Source: Octopus vulgaris
Lineage: Eukaryota
DNA: 64,000 nucleotides
Direction: 5' to 3'
NCBI GenBank assembly: GCA_951406725.2
Contig: OX597840.1
Location: 19,902,001-19,966,000, forward strand
Made by a program: the position numbers and the translations under genes
Shown here: positions 43,162 through 57,262 of the stretch, piece by piece
Numbering within the stretch: the stretch's first letter is position 1
Layout: each line of letters opens with the position of its first letter
The notes under the pieces: model-generated
What the model was told of the DNA's origin: nothing
Seen by the model: only the letters and a program-made list of their open reading frames with translations
The model's database searches: none

Positions 43162-43185
43162 AACTGTACAATATTATAGCTATAA

Positions 43186-43216
<31 letters not shown>

Positions 43217-43301
43217 CATATAAACATACGGTATCAATTTGTACATATATTAAGCTAAAAAGACCAAACTGCTAAATGAACAATAAACAAGTTTTCATCC
43301 A

Positions 43302-43437
<136 letters not shown>

Positions 43438-43764
43438 CATATTGAACAAAACAAGTTTTATTTAACATGGGAGACAAACAGTTTCATCATAAACTTATAT
43501 GTGTGGAGCTAAAAATACGAAACTATGCCAGCAGATAACAAAACATTTATAGAACACTTTTACTATTAAAGCATCGGTGGCCTTTCTTAGAAATTTTCAC
43601 AGGAACAACTCGTATTATTTGAAGGTTCTCGCAGAAGAAGGTAAAAAATAAAAGATTTTCTGGAAAAATTTGATTATATGTTGTAAGACAAAGGATTTAG
43701 AAGAAAAAATCATATTTTACTCATGAAATTAATATTTTACACTGACCAGGTCCTGTTTTGCCAG

Positions 43765-44100
43765 AGCAGCCAACTGGCTTCCGTACCCGTGGCACATAAA
43801 AGGGCACCATTCGAGCGTGATTGTTACCAACGTCGCTTCACTGGCACCTGTGCCGGTGGCATGTGTAAAAAGATTCGAGCGAGGTCATTGCCAGTACCGC
43901 CTGACTGGCCCCCGTGCCGGTGGCACGCAAAAAGCACCCACTACACTCTTGGAGTGGTTGGCATTAGGAAGGGCATCCAGCTTTAGAAACTCTGCCAGAT
44001 CAAGATTGGAGCTTGATGCAGCCATCTGGTTCGCCAGACCTCAGTCAAAATCGTCCAACCCATGATAGCATGGAAAGCGGATATTAAACGATGATGATGA
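43765..44100 (+). mobile_element. SINE-like 3' portion with a (GAT)n tail
   Basis: Internal repeats of TGCCGGTGGCA, then GGTTGGCATTAGGAAGGGCATCCAGC, ending ACGATGATGATGA. The tail type matches the RTE fragment. Confidence 0.6.
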
Positions 44101-44165
44101 CTTTGCTTACCGCAGTTATATATTCTGTCCAGTACACAGTTGATTCTGCCAGCTCACTGCCTTAA

Positions 44166-44390
44166 CCCATTAAGTCCCACTGTCCTAGAAATAGGACACT
44201 AAATGAGAACATTGAATAAGCTATACCACATTGTCTCAGTGTCCTATTTATAGGACACCAAGTATTTCCATTTCTACTTGAAGTAAAGGCGTTTTAATAA
44301 TTATATTTTTTTCATTTTAACCTATTTTCAATCATCTGTAAAAATTTTAAAGTAATATTCTGAAATTTAAGAACTCTGGGACTTAATGGG
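44166..44390. mobile_element. piggyBac-like MITE (225 bp)
   Basis: TTAA|CCCATTAAGTCCCA ... TGGGACTTAATGGG|TGAA: a perfect 14-bp TIR starting CCC, with a TTAA TSD carrying one mismatch. Confidence 0.8.
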
Positions 44391-44407
44391 TGAAGTCTGT
44401 TTAATAA

Positions 44408-44620
44408 TCCTTTCTACTAAAGGCAGAAGGCCCGAAATTTTAGGGGAGGGCACCAGTCGATCACATCGACCCTAGTGTTCAACTGGTACTTATTTTATCG
44501 ACTCCAAAAGGATGAAAGGCAAAGTCAGCCCCAGCGGAATTTGAACTCAGAATGGTAAGACTCGCGAAATGCCGCTATGCATTTTGTCCGGCGTGCTAAC
44601 GATTCTGCCAACTCATTACC
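44408..44620 (-). mobile_element. SINE-A variant with an alternative 3' tail
   Basis: SINE-A head and centre with tail CCCTCCCC..AAAATTTCGGGCCTT. Similar copies at 46245-46910 and 62200-62335. Confidence 0.7.
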
Positions 44621-44761
44621 ATTAAGTCTCTTTAATAATAATTTCAAAATTTGGAGACAAAGTTAGAAATTTCAGAAGGACGGGTGGATCTTTGAGGTTA
44701 TCATCACTGTTTATAATTTTGTTCCAAATGGATTAAATTTTGTATAATAATTATGAAAATG

Positions 44762-45059
44762 TGGAGGCGCAATGGCCTAGTGGTTAGGGCAGCGGACTCG
44801 CGGTCGTAGGATTGTGGTTTCGATTCCTAGATCGGGCGTTGTGAGTGTTTATTGAGCGAAAACACCTAAAAGCTCCACGAGGCTCCGGCAGGGGGTGGTG
44901 ATCCCTGCTGCACTCTTTCACCACAACTTTCTCTCACTCTTCCTTCTGTTGGCCTGCTCGCTTAGCCAGCGGGGTGGCGTCATTTGAAGGCTAAAACAAT
45001 GCGAACGCATTGTGACCAGCGATGTGTAACTACATCTGATAGCCTGGTCGGTCACGGTG
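44762..45059 (+). mobile_element. SINE-C, full length with 13-bp TSD
   Basis: TSD AATTATGAAAATG at 44749-44761 and 45060-45072. Confidence 0.92.
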
Positions 45060-45749
45060 AATTATGAAAATGAAATCCATTTTCTCTATAAATTCATAAT
45101 TAAAAAGTTATCAGCCTTTAAAGTCTACAGACTTTGGATATTTTAGCCAATCAGAAGCGAGTATTTTACACATCACCATGAAATTCTGTTGGAAAAGTAC
45201 GCAAAGAAGCACCATGTGTTCCATAGATGGTTGCAAAGAACTCTGTTTCCATAGTGACCAAAGATGTTGCGCCTGCGTACAAGGAGTCTAACCACCATGT
45301 GTTCCACAATTGTTTGTTTTCATAACGGCAGGAAGTCGAGAGTGTATTGCAAACTTTCATTCTTGAATCTTTCAAAACTAGTAAATGTCTGTTTAAAGCA
45401 ATGTTTTTGACTGTTATTTCTAGCAACTCCTGTTGGTTTGTTTGTAGCTTTTAAATATTTAATTTGCTTGCTAATCTTTTACTGTTTTTCCCTGTTTACC
45501 GTAGTTTGTTTAATGTTTTCACATGCCACTGCCCCCTGCCCCCTTCCCTCCTTTCTTGCTACTGTGATAAATGATGGAAGAGGCAACGAATGTATTGTTT
45601 TCTGATTGGTTGAAAATTCTGAAAAATGATGTAACATTGAATACCTGTAACATTCTCACAAAATTTTTCTGAAATAAATAAAAAAAAAATTACATTTATA
45701 TGATAAAAAAATTCAGCATAAAAAAATTACATTTATATGATACATTCTC

Positions 45750-45962
45750 TCTCTTTCTCTCTTTTACTTGTTTCAGTCATTTGACTGCGGCCATGCTGGA
45801 GCACCGCCTTTAATCGAGCAACTCGACCCCGGGACTTATTCTTTGTAAGCCCAGTATTTATTCTATCGGTCTCTTTTGCCGAACCGCTAAGTGACGGGGA
45901 CATAAACACACCAGCATCGGTTTTCAAGTGATGTTGGATGGGACAAACACAGACACACAAAC

Positions 45963-46021
<59 letters not shown>

Positions 46022-46185
46022 TACGACGGGCTTCTTTCAGTTTCCGTCTACCAAATCCATTCACAAGGCTTTGGTCGGCCCGAGGCTATAGTAGAAGACA
46101 CTTACCCAAGGTGCCACGCAGTGGGACTGAACCCGGAACCATGTGGTTGGTAAGCAAGCTACTTACCACACAGCCACTCCTGTGC
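45750..46185 (-). mobile_element. SINE-B, full length
   Basis: Matches the consensus. Confidence 0.9.
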
Positions 46186-47098
46186 CATTAAAAGATTTTT
46201 TTAATGATTTTGTCATACAGTGATGATAACCACGAAGATCTGGAAGGGTGCTTTATAACGTTGGCCCTGGTACTAGACTGATATTTTATTTTGTCAATCC
46301 CAAAAGGACGATAGGCTAAGTCACTTTTAAGATTGTTAAGAACCAGAACAAATGATGTTAAGCCCACTTATATTTTATTTTATCATTCCCAAAAGGACGA
46401 TAGGCTAAGTCACTTTTAGTGGGGATTGGGTTTAGATTGTTAAGAACCGGAACAAACGATGTTAAGCACTTTATCCAGTACGCTAACAATTCTGCCTACT
46501 CACCACCTTATTAATAATAATCCTTTACATCAGTCTTTAAGTTCTGAGTTCAAATTCCGCCAAAGTCAACTTTACCTTTCATCATTTTGGGGCCGATAAA
46601 TTAAGTACCAGTTACATACTGGGGTCGATCAAATCAACTGGCCCCCTTCCCCCAAAATTTCGGGCCTTGTACCTAAAGCAGAGAATAATAATAATAATAA
46701 TCTTTTCTATTATAGTCACAAGGCCTGTAATTTTGTGGGGAGGGGTCAATTAGATCAATCCCGTTGCTCAACCAACACTAATTTTGTTGGCCCCGAAAGG
46801 ATGAAAGGCTAAGTTGACCTCGGTGGAATTTGAATCTGGACATAATACTGGAAGAAATGCTGTTTAGCATTTTGTTCGGCGCACCATCGAATCTGTCTGT
46901 TCTCTGCTTTAGGTCTCTTTAATAATAAATATTTAAAATGTTTACCAAATGAAAGGATGATAGGTACGAAATTAAAATGGCAATTTTTTTGATATAAAAG
47001 AAGTTTCTAGGTGATGAGCTGACAGAATCATTAGCACACTGGGCAAAATGCTTGGCAGTATCTCGTCTGTCCTTACGTTCTGAGTTTAAATTCCTCCG

Positions 47099-47150
47099 AG
47101 GTCTCCGATGAAGGGATATAATAAATATCCCGGAAACAGCTGTAAGACCT
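47099..47150 (+). ncRNA. Complete type-I hammerhead ribozyme fold (U4C core)
   Basis: AGGUCU-CCGAUGA-A-GGGAUAU-AAUAA-AUAUCCC-G-GAAAC-AGCU-GUA-AGACCU: 6-bp stem I, 7-bp stem II, palindromic stem III ACAGCUGU. Confidence 0.8.
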
Positions 47151-47199
47151 GCTATTTATAAATATTCTAAAATCTTCACAGCCTTGGGTTTTTTTTATC

Positions 47200-47390
47200 G
47201 CATTCGTTAGCTCCTACACGCATTTTTTTCTCTCCTTGTTTTTTTCTGTGTATCTTTCTGTCGAAGAGCGTAGGGCTCGAAACGTAAAAGACTTTTTCTA
47301 TTTCTATTCCTGAGCGCTATACTAATACATTTGTTTGTTTGTACTCCACCTGCCTTCGTCTTTTGTTTATTTTCGTAAACTTTCCCTTTC
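47200..47390 (+). mobile_element. Family D element with hammerhead-like motif at 47253-47291
   Basis: UCUUU-CUGUCGA-A-GAGC-GUAGG-GCUC-GAAAC-GUA-AAAGA. Confidence 0.78.
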
Positions 47391-48357
47391 TTTATATATG
47401 TGTGTGTGTTTAGTTAAGTTAAGTTAATTTTTTGGCTCAAAAAGCAAGGCCATGTAGAGGGACAGGGAGTTATGTACAGGGAGGGTGTTTATGCAAAGAG
47501 TTCAGGCCATTTCTGGTCAAGACCGACTTTGAACCGAGCGGTCGTCGGCATCTTTACTATGTATGTGTGTGTGTGTGTGTGTATGCTTCTGTGTGTGTGT
47601 GTGTATGTGTGTGTGTTTACATTATATATAGAATAAGTACTAGACTTACAAAAAATAAGTCCTGGTGTCGATTTGCTCGACTAAAGGCGTTGCTGCCGCT
47701 TGGCCGCAGTAAAGATGACTGAAACAGTCATTTTAAAAGTAAAAGAGTAAAAATAGAAGAATGCAAGACGGTGAAGGGGAGCAAAAATAAAAATTCAAAA
47801 CTTTCCAACAAAAATGGGTGCCGAGTTGATATCATCAACAGCAGCAGCAGCAACAACAACAACGACAGTTGCAGTAACAGCAGCAGCAGCATACCTGCAC
47901 AGCAGTAACCCCCCTCGCCTCCCTTTTTACAGTCTCAACAGCAAACATGCAGACGATACAGACGAGGCAGACGATACTCTCCCCCCCCCCCCACTCCAAG
48001 CTTTCTGCCTCCGACCGCCACTCTAACTCCTCCTCCAGTTATTTCGTTTACTCCCCTTCCTTCGATTCGTCAACGAAATTTCTGCTCGAAATCCTCGTCG
48101 CTCATTGGTTGCTTTCACTGTTTTCAGGTTTGTTTTTGTTAAGAAATATGGCGGGAAATTCATTTATAACGATAGTGGGGGTGGGTTGAGGGTGTACGGT
48201 GCGAGTTTAGGGTGGGGCGGACCGAGGTGAAAGCATTAGTCACTGTCAGGTAAGGTACAGGATTTTCCAAAATCCAAAAATAAAATCGTACGTTTTTGAA
48301 CGTGTTTGGTTACGTGTCTATCTATCTCAATCTTACTATCTGTGTGTGTGTGTGTAT

Positions 48358-48405
<48 letters not shown>

Positions 48406-48410
48406 ATATA

Positions 48411-48446
<36 letters not shown>

Positions 48447-48489
48447 TGTATGTATGTATGTATGTATGTATGCTTGTATGTATGTATGT

Positions 48490-48763
<274 letters not shown>

Positions 48764-49252
48764 CTTGCCCAAGGTGTCTCACAGTGGGACTGAACCCAGA
48801 ACCATATGATTGGGAATATATATAAAGTCCTTGGAGGGCAGAAAGACAGGGTATTTACAATGTATTGCTTAACCAGAGCTTTAGGCAATCTACAATGTGG
48901 CTTTCCAGACGAATATCAAAATTCTTCAGGTATAGAAACTCCTGGTTTCTCGACGGTAAAACCGTTGCATGGGTTTAGCAAAAGGTGAAATATAATCTGA
49001 ATAAGAGGACATCTTCACACATCTTTAATGATCAGGTACAAGTGTCTTGTGCGCCATCTCTTCTTGCGACGCCATTTCACGCAAAAGTTCGAAGTGGAAA
49101 TTTACGTAATATTTGCGGTTTTAGATATTAGATTGACACTTCCTTAGACCTGCATCAAAGCAACATAGATAGGTAGATGGATGGGTGGATGGATGGATGA
49201 ATGGATGGATGATGAATAGATAGATAGATAAATAGATAGATAGACAGAGAGG

Positions 49253-49335
<83 letters not shown>

Positions 49336-49339
49336 CAGG

Positions 49340-49635
49340 AAGCTTTATGAAAATAGACAAAAGACGAAGGCAGGTTTACGGAAATAAACAAAAGACGAAG
49401 GCAGGTGGAATACAAACAAACAATTGTATTAGTATGGCGCTCAGGAAATATAAATAAAACAAGTCTTTAACGTTTCGAGCCTACGCTCTTCAACAGAAAG
49501 ATACACAGAGAAGAAACACAGAAAGAAGGAGAGAAAAAAATGCGTGCAGAGGCTAGCGAATCAACATGGCGATCTGATTTCGGCCAGAAGTCAAAGATCA
49601 AACGTGAGACGCAAAAGCGAAATTAGGGGAGATAA
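49340..49635 (-). mobile_element. Family D element with hammerhead-like motif at 49464-49501
   Basis: UCUUU-CUGUUGA-A-GAGC-GUAG-GCUC-GAAAC-GUU-AAAGA. It sits among (GATA)n tracts. Confidence 0.78.
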
Positions 49636-49788
49636 TAGATAGATAGATAGATAGATAGATAGTTATATATAGATAGATGGATGGATGGATGTATAGATAG
49701 ATGGATGGATGGATGGATGTATAGATAGATAAATAGACAGACAGACAGACAGACAGATAGATATAGACAGACAGACAGACAGACAGAC

Positions 49789-49827
<39 letters not shown>

Positions 49828-50083
49828 CAGACAGATAGATAGATAGACAGATAGATAGATAGACAGGAAGACAGACAAATAAAGACAGAGACAGAAAGAT
49901 AGACAGACAACACAGACTGTAAGACAAACAGACAGACATGTTGTTACTCAGACAAAAAAGGTAGAACCTGATAGAGGTTTTAAGAAATCAATAAACCTTA
50001 CAAAAGACCAAAGAGAAAAGGAAAATAAGGGACACCAGACACATGCGCCTCCATACTATAGTACACATGCCTACACACACACA

Positions 50084-50126
<43 letters not shown>

Positions 50127-50542
50127 CACTTCGTTCATTCATCCTTCCAAGCCCCCAGTCCATTCACTGAGATGGCCAACACCACGGTGAAGGGCGACCG
50201 CCGTCGACACCACCTCAACAATGATCACCCCCTTTTTCATAAACTCCCCCCCACGCACACACACTATTGTTTCCACCACCACCACCACCACCGACACTAT
50301 CGACACTATCACCACCACCACCACTATCACCATCACCACCACCATCATCACCATCACCATCACCACCACCTTCACCACCACTACCGACACTATCACCACC
50401 ACTATCACCACCACCACTACCACCATCACCACTATCGCCATTACCAACACCCCCCGTCACCACCACCACCACCTCCGCCGCCACCAACAATAGAAACAAG
50501 AAAAAAAATTAGGTGAGAAGCAATACAAAGAAATAAGTAAAC

Positions 50543-50588
<46 letters not shown>

Positions 50589-50640
50589 GTATGTCTCTGT
50601 ACAGACACATGCATCCATATACATCCATATAAATACATAC

Positions 50641-50685
<45 letters not shown>

Positions 50686-51028
50686 CTCACATACGTGCGT
50701 ACGTACATACACACAGATATGCACCCGCGTACGTACGCACACGCATTGCAGGCAGAGGGCAAGACGAACCGTTCTGCTTTATTCATAAAGGAAACATCTG
50801 CTCTCCACGGAGAGGAGGAGGAATGAGAAGGCCGGAATGACAATGAGAGACATCGATAATGATGAGGAGAGTGAGTACAATATGAGGAATACAATAATGG
50901 TGACAATAATGAGGAGAAGGTTTGAGGATTGTCGTTGTTGTTGTTGTAAGTCATGGCGAGAAGGACGAAAAGGGAGAGAATAAGTAGAGAGAGAGAGAGG
51001 GAGGGGTAGATAGAGAGAGGTAGATAGG

Positions 51029-51068
<40 letters not shown>

Positions 51069-51071
51069 GAG

Positions 51072-51136
<65 letters not shown>

Positions 51137-51528
51137 TAGAGAGAGACAGACATATAGATGGATAGATTGACAGATAGATAAAGAGAGGGGGTAGAAATAG
51201 ACAGAGAGTGAGAGAAAGAGATACAGATAGATAGAGAGAGAGAATGAGAGGGAGAGAGAGAGACAGACAGATAGATGGCAACAAAACCCAAGACAACATC
51301 AAGTACTAGCAAAAACAGATAAATCTACAGATATATATATATTTATATATATATAGAGAGAGAGAGAGAGAGACAGAGAGAGACAGACAGACAGACAGAG
51401 AAAGAAAAAGAAAGATAGATAGGGAGAGAAAAACAGAGAGAGTGAAAGAGATATAGATTGATAGATAGAGAGAGAGAGAAAGGTAGATAGAGATAGACAG
51501 AGAGGAAGAGATATAGGTAGATAAATAG

Positions 51529-51571
<43 letters not shown>

Positions 51572-52170
51572 TTAGATGACACACGCACAGAAAGGTTCAG
51601 AAAAAGGTGACAGACAGACAGACAGATGATAAGAATAACAATAACGACAAGAAAAACATGGAAGGATGTGATGCTTTCAGCAACAACAAGAACTAGAATC
51701 AGAGAGGGGGAAAGAGAGAGAGGGAGAGAGGGAGAGATCAATAGAGATGATTTTAATAACAACAACGAGTTTAAAAAAGAAACGTATCAATAATAACAAC
51801 AACAACAACAAGAATGGAAGTAGAGACAACAAGAGCAGTTACAAGAACATCGGTAAAAGAACTGCAACAGGTGTAACAACAACACGAAGATAAACAGGAA
51901 CAAGAACAAGAACAACATTGAGGGAGAACAGCAGCAAAAGGTACACAAGACAATAAAACGAGCAGCAACAACAACGATAAAGGCCAACGACAGCAAAGGA
52001 GACAACAGAAACCGATGGCAGCCGAGCAATTACAAGGGAAAGGTCAACAGCAGGAAACAAGCAACAGCGATTGGAACAAGAGGGATTAAAGCCAACAGCA
52101 GCAAAAGCCAGCAGCAGCGGTAATTACAAGAAAAAGGTCAACAGGAGCCCAAGAGCAACAACACGAGGAA
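49635..52170. repeat. Compound microsatellite field: (GATA)n, (GACA)n, (ACC)n, (GA)n, (AAC)n-like
   Basis: Directly visible. Confidence 0.85.
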
Positions 52171-52289
52171 TTAAGACCTTCTATGTCGTCCCATAGAATG
52201 TCCCTTCGTAGGGGTTTCGGTTGTGCATACTATAGGAGGCACAGGGCGCTGCTCCATGGGGTCCCGCCGCAGTTGAAACGTTTGACATT

Positions 52290-53072
52290 ACTCTTTTACT
52301 CTTTCTCTCTTTTACTTGTTTCAGTCATGTGACTGTGGCCATGCTAGAGCACCGCCTTTAGTCAAGCAAATCGAGATTTATTCTTTGTAAGCCCAGTACT
52401 TATTCTATCGGTCTCTATTGCCGAACCGCTAAGTTACGGCGACGTAAACACACCAGCATCGGTTGTCAAGCAATGCTAGGGGGACAAACACACACACACA
52501 TACATATATATACGACAGGCTTCTTTCAGTTTCCGTCTACCAAATCCACTCACAAGGCTTTGGTCGGCCCGAGGCTATAGTAGAAGACACTTGCCCAAGG
52601 TGCCACGCAGTGGGACTGAACCCAGAACCATGTGGTTGGTTAGCAAGCTACTTACCATACAGCCACTGAAACATTTTCTGTAGAAGTGTAAACCAGCTTA
52701 CTTGTCTCAGGTATTAGACTGTGGCCATGCTGGAGCACTGCCTTGCAGAATTTTAGTTGAAAGAATCGTGCCCAGTACGTTTTTTCAAAGCCTGGTATTA
52801 TTCTGTGTCTTTTAACGAACCGCTACGTCACGGGAACGTAAACACACCAACATCGGTTGTCGAACGGTAGAGGTGGACAAACACAAACACAAAAACATTC
52901 ACACACATACACACATGCGACGGGCTTCTTTCAGTTTCCGCCACCCAAATTCACTCACAAGGCACCGATTGGCTATAAGTAGAAGACACTTGCCCAAGGC
53001 GTCACGCAATGGGACTGAACCCAGTACCGTGTGGTTAGGAAGCAAGCTTCTTACCACACAGCCATGCCTGCG
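52290..53072 (-). mobile_element. Two tandem SINE-B copies (consensus-like 52290-52668, diverged 52698-53072)
   Basis: Both match the consensus. Confidence 0.85.
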
Positions 53073-53289
53073 CCGACATCAAACAATTTTCATCTCAAAC
53101 GATTAGATTGCCATCTTGAATACATATTGTATCGGATGATGTGGTTCTGGATTGGATTGAATTTGAAACTAAGTCGGTCTGGTGGAATGGCCGTGGCTGG
53201 AACGACTTAAAATTGAAGGCTTCCTGGATCAGAGCTGACCTGGGGGGATAAACAACAGAAAACAACCAGGAGGGGCGAAGACGTCGACT

Positions 53290-53860
53290 ACAACGATAAT
53301 GTTGATGATGATGATGATGATGGTGGTGGTGATGATGACGATGATGATGACGACGATGATGATGATGATGATGATGATGATGATAATGACGATGACGATG
53401 ACGATGGTGATGAGGATGATGATAATGATGATGATGATGGTGCTAATGACGATGGTGATGATGATGACGATGATGACGATGATGATGATGACGATGATGA
53501 CGATGATGACGATGATGGTGATAACGATGATAATGATGACGATGATGATGATGATGATGATGATGAGGAGGAGGAGGAGGAGGAGGAGGAGGAGGAGGAC
53601 TAATAGCACGATGCCGATGATGGAAATGACAATGACAACGGCAATGACCACACGGACGATGACCACGAAAACAACGATGATTATTATGATGACGATGACA
53701 GCGATGACAATTTCGACGACAACGATGAAGATGGCGACGACTGGGATAAGATAGGGACATTGACAACGACGACGGTGATGACGGCGATGACAATGGCGCC
53801 GATGACGACGACCAGAACAATGAAAACGATGACAGCGATGACGATGTCGACGACTGTATA
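53290..53860. repeat. (GAT)n/(GAC)n/(GAG)n trinucleotide tract
   Basis: Directly visible. Confidence 0.95.
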
Positions 53861-54196
53861 ATTCGCACTGAACTGCAATCCGTTGCACTACAAGAGATTC
53901 CCGCCTTTTTTATCCAACGCACCGCCACCGCCACCGTCGGCCTCCACCACAGCCACAACCCTAACCATTACAATCAATCGCCACCCCACCCCCTCCACTC
54001 ATTCACTCGCACACACGCGCACACACACACGTGTCCGCCACTACATTGTCTAACAAGCTCTCCCCGCTCTTCAATCCTCCACTCACGCCCTTCTCTCGCC
54101 TTACTCTCCCGACTCCCCAATCCAAAAGGTTTCCCGGGCTGCGCAGAGAAATTTCCCGCCGTTTCACGGTTAACGTGTGCGTGCACGCACTTGAAT

Positions 54197-54270
<74 letters not shown>

Positions 54271-54440
54271 CTATCTGTCTATCTGTCTATCTATCATCTC
54301 GCTTTGTATCTGTCTATCGATCTCCTTACCTACCAACCTAACTACATCCCTACCTGCCTGTCTGTCTGTCTGTCTACTTATATATCTATATACCAATATA
54401 TATGTGTTGTGTGTGTGTGTCTGTGAATGTGTATATATAT

Positions 54441-54471
<31 letters not shown>

Positions 54472-54536
54472 GTATGTATGTATATATATAAATAAATATA
54501 TATATATACACACATATATATACACATACACAATAC

Positions 54537-54615
<79 letters not shown>

Positions 54616-54825
54616 CTTCTTTCCTGAGCCTCCAATAATACTATATTTGTTCCACGTCCTCACGTTGTTGTGTTTTTTTGTGTTTTCTTGTTTGGATTAA
54701 CTATATATATATATATATATACATATATATTAAAATTAGCTGTACTTCCATACACACATACATACATACATACATGCATACATACATATATATATACATA
54801 CATACATACATACGTACGTACTTGC

Positions 54826-54863
<38 letters not shown>

Positions 54864-55088
54864 TATGCATATACATCCATACGTACATACAATGCACACA
54901 CACGTCCGCCAACACAATGAAACTTTTAATTTGAATCATTGAAATTCCGCAAAGCCATGACACAGCAGAGTCTTCTCGTCTGTTGTTTGTTGATTGGGTT
55001 TTGTAAGTGAAAAACGGCTCCGGTTTCCTTATGCGGCTGCTTACGGTAACACGAGAGCAAGACAAACAAAAGCCAGTGCGTTCCAAGT

Positions 55089-55133
<45 letters not shown>

Positions 55134-55297
55134 AACATACACACACACACTCACACACACACTCACACACTCATACACACACACACTCACACACGCACGC
55201 ACTCACACACACACTCACACATAAACACACACACACACATAAACACACACACACACACACGCACACACTCACAGACACACACTCACACACACACACA

Positions 55298-55350
<53 letters not shown>

Positions 55351-55566
55351 AATGATATTTTATGTGACTTTAATTCCCCCGTGGTGGATTATGCCTTTCA
55401 TCCTTTCGGGGTCGATAAATTAAGTACCAGTTGCATATTGGGGTCAGTCTAATCGACTGCCCCCCACCTCACGAAATATCAGGCGTTGGTTCAAAAACGT
55501 TTCTCGGTATTTTGTCCGTCTTCACGTTCTGAGTTCAACTCCCGCCGTGGTCGACTTTACCTTTCA

Positions 55567-56381
55567 TCCCTATATATTGGTGTGTTTGTGGAGTTGTTAG
55601 CCAACTCCTCCTACAGCGTTTTATCGATTTTGATGAATCTTGACACGTGAGTAGAACTCATGTCTGGAAACCACATGGCATACTCAGAATGTTGAAAACA
55701 TCGATAATAGGGCCCCTGGAAAGGATCCTTATATATAGCCAAGGGAAAGAACCCATTCATTTTCCTAAATTATTTGGTAAAAAAGGGAATTGAGTATGCT
55801 TATTTCTTAGTATTTGAACTATTAGAGTTATTTTCGCAATTTAAACAGTACACTCCTTAAACGAGTAAATAGTATTTTTCCAAACAATAGATCTAATTAT
55901 TTCGGTTAGTAACTTATTCACGAATATACCAACACTAGCGCCCATGAGGGTAATATTCTCTGGGAACGTACAAAACCCTTTTCAGAGTTATTTACTTTGA
56001 ATTATTTTCTCATATGTGATTAGCCTGCTATTATGTATCACGTTTCACGATTTTCGTATACATACCTTATTGGTATTTCCTCCTAAGTTCTATATACCCT
56101 GGGAACGCATTAAAGCCCTTTTCAGGGCTACTTTATTTGAATTCTTACTATCGGGTAAGTTATTACATAACTGACTTCACAATTTGGATATTCATAACTT
56201 ATTGGGAATTCCTAAAAACAAGATCCTGTGCAGGACATTTCAGTATTCTCTGTAAATGAACAAAAACCGTTTTAAGGGCTACATACTTTGCATTATTATC
56301 ATTGGATTAGCGAAACAATTATGAGAACGGAACCAAGGGATAAGCCCAGCTTTCCCGGGAATTACCGAATATGTCAGCTAG
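55567..56381 (+). mobile_element. Probable old non-autonomous Helitron
   Basis: Starts A|TCCCTATATAT and ends with a degenerate hairpin CCCGGGAATTACCG..CAGCTAG|T. The 5' region (CGATTTTGATGAATCTTGACAC) resembles the 27834-28360 Helitron. Confidence 0.6.
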
Positions 56382-56429
<48 letters not shown>

Positions 56430-56433
<4 letters not shown>

Positions 56434-56605
56434 CCTCTGTCTTCTCTTCTCTGGATCTTTCCTTCTCCTATGTTTCCGACGAAGAGCTCCGCTCGAAACG
56501 TTAAACCCTCCTTCTTTCCTTCTTTCCTGAGCGTCCAATAATACTATATTTGTTCCACGTCCTCACGTTGTTGTGTTTTTTGTGCTTTCTTGTTTGGATT
56601 AACTT
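56430..56605 (+). mobile_element. Family D2 element with hammerhead at 56472-56506
   Basis: The motif is identical to 8033-8067 and lies between TA tracts. Confidence 0.78.
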
Positions 56606-56624
56606 TATATATATATATAATTCA

Positions 56625-57262
56625 TTTATTCTTTTACTTGTTGCAATCATTAGACTACGGCCATGTTTGAGCACCGCTTATAGTCGAACTAATCGACGCC
56701 ACGACTTATTCTTTGTAATTTGTAAGCCTAGTACCTATTCCATTGGTCTCCTTTGTTGTCGAACCGCTAATGTTACGGGGACGTAAACACACCATCATTG
56801 GTTGTCAAGCGATGGTTGGGGGAGGACAAATACAGGTACACAAACATGTACACACACACATTTATATATATATATATATATTTAATGTGGGATAAAATTT
56901 TTTCGGAAAATTTTTTATCAATGCCCAGCATATTAAAAAATACCTTTAAAGGTTAAAATTATAAACAACTTTTTTGTCAGTGCAGAGGTCGCGGTCTTAA
57001 AGCGACGAAAATATTTTGACAAATTAAACTTAAATGTTAAAGTGAATCGAACGGCTTTTGTGTGTTTCTTAAATGGCTTGCAAACACCTTCCACGCCGCA
57101 ATTGTATATATATATATATATATACGACGGGCTTCTTTCAGTTTCCGTTTACCAAATCCATTCAAATGGTTTTGGTCGTCTCTAGGCAATAGTAGAAGGT
57201 ACTTACCCAAGGTGCCACGCATTGAGACTGAACCCGGAACCTTGTAGTTGGGGGCTACACCT
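56625..57262 (-). mobile_element. SINE-B split by a hammerhead-bearing insert (56881-57104) in its TA tract
   Basis: 3' half at 56625-56860 and 5' half at 57124-57262. Confidence 0.75.
56973..57023 (+). ncRNA. Hammerhead-like fold with variant core GUGCAGA
   Basis: UUUGUCA-GUGCAGA-G-GUCGC-GGUCUUAAA-GCGAC-GAAA-AUAU-UU-UGACAAA: 7-bp stem I, 5-bp stem II, palindromic stem III. Confidence 0.6.

Larger units (their letters stand above)
44687..46240. mobile_element. Unclassified TIR element hosting SINE-C and SINE-B
   Basis: GATCTTTGAGGTTATCATCACTGT (44687-44710) and ACAGTGATGATAACCACGAAGATC (46217-46240) match 22 of 24. An inner IR is centred on AGCCAATCAGA/TCTGATTGGT. Confidence 0.6.

Noticed and set aside
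48806-49160. Possible coding exon in unique sequence
   Set aside because: Short ORF with no recognisable motif or convincing splice pair.
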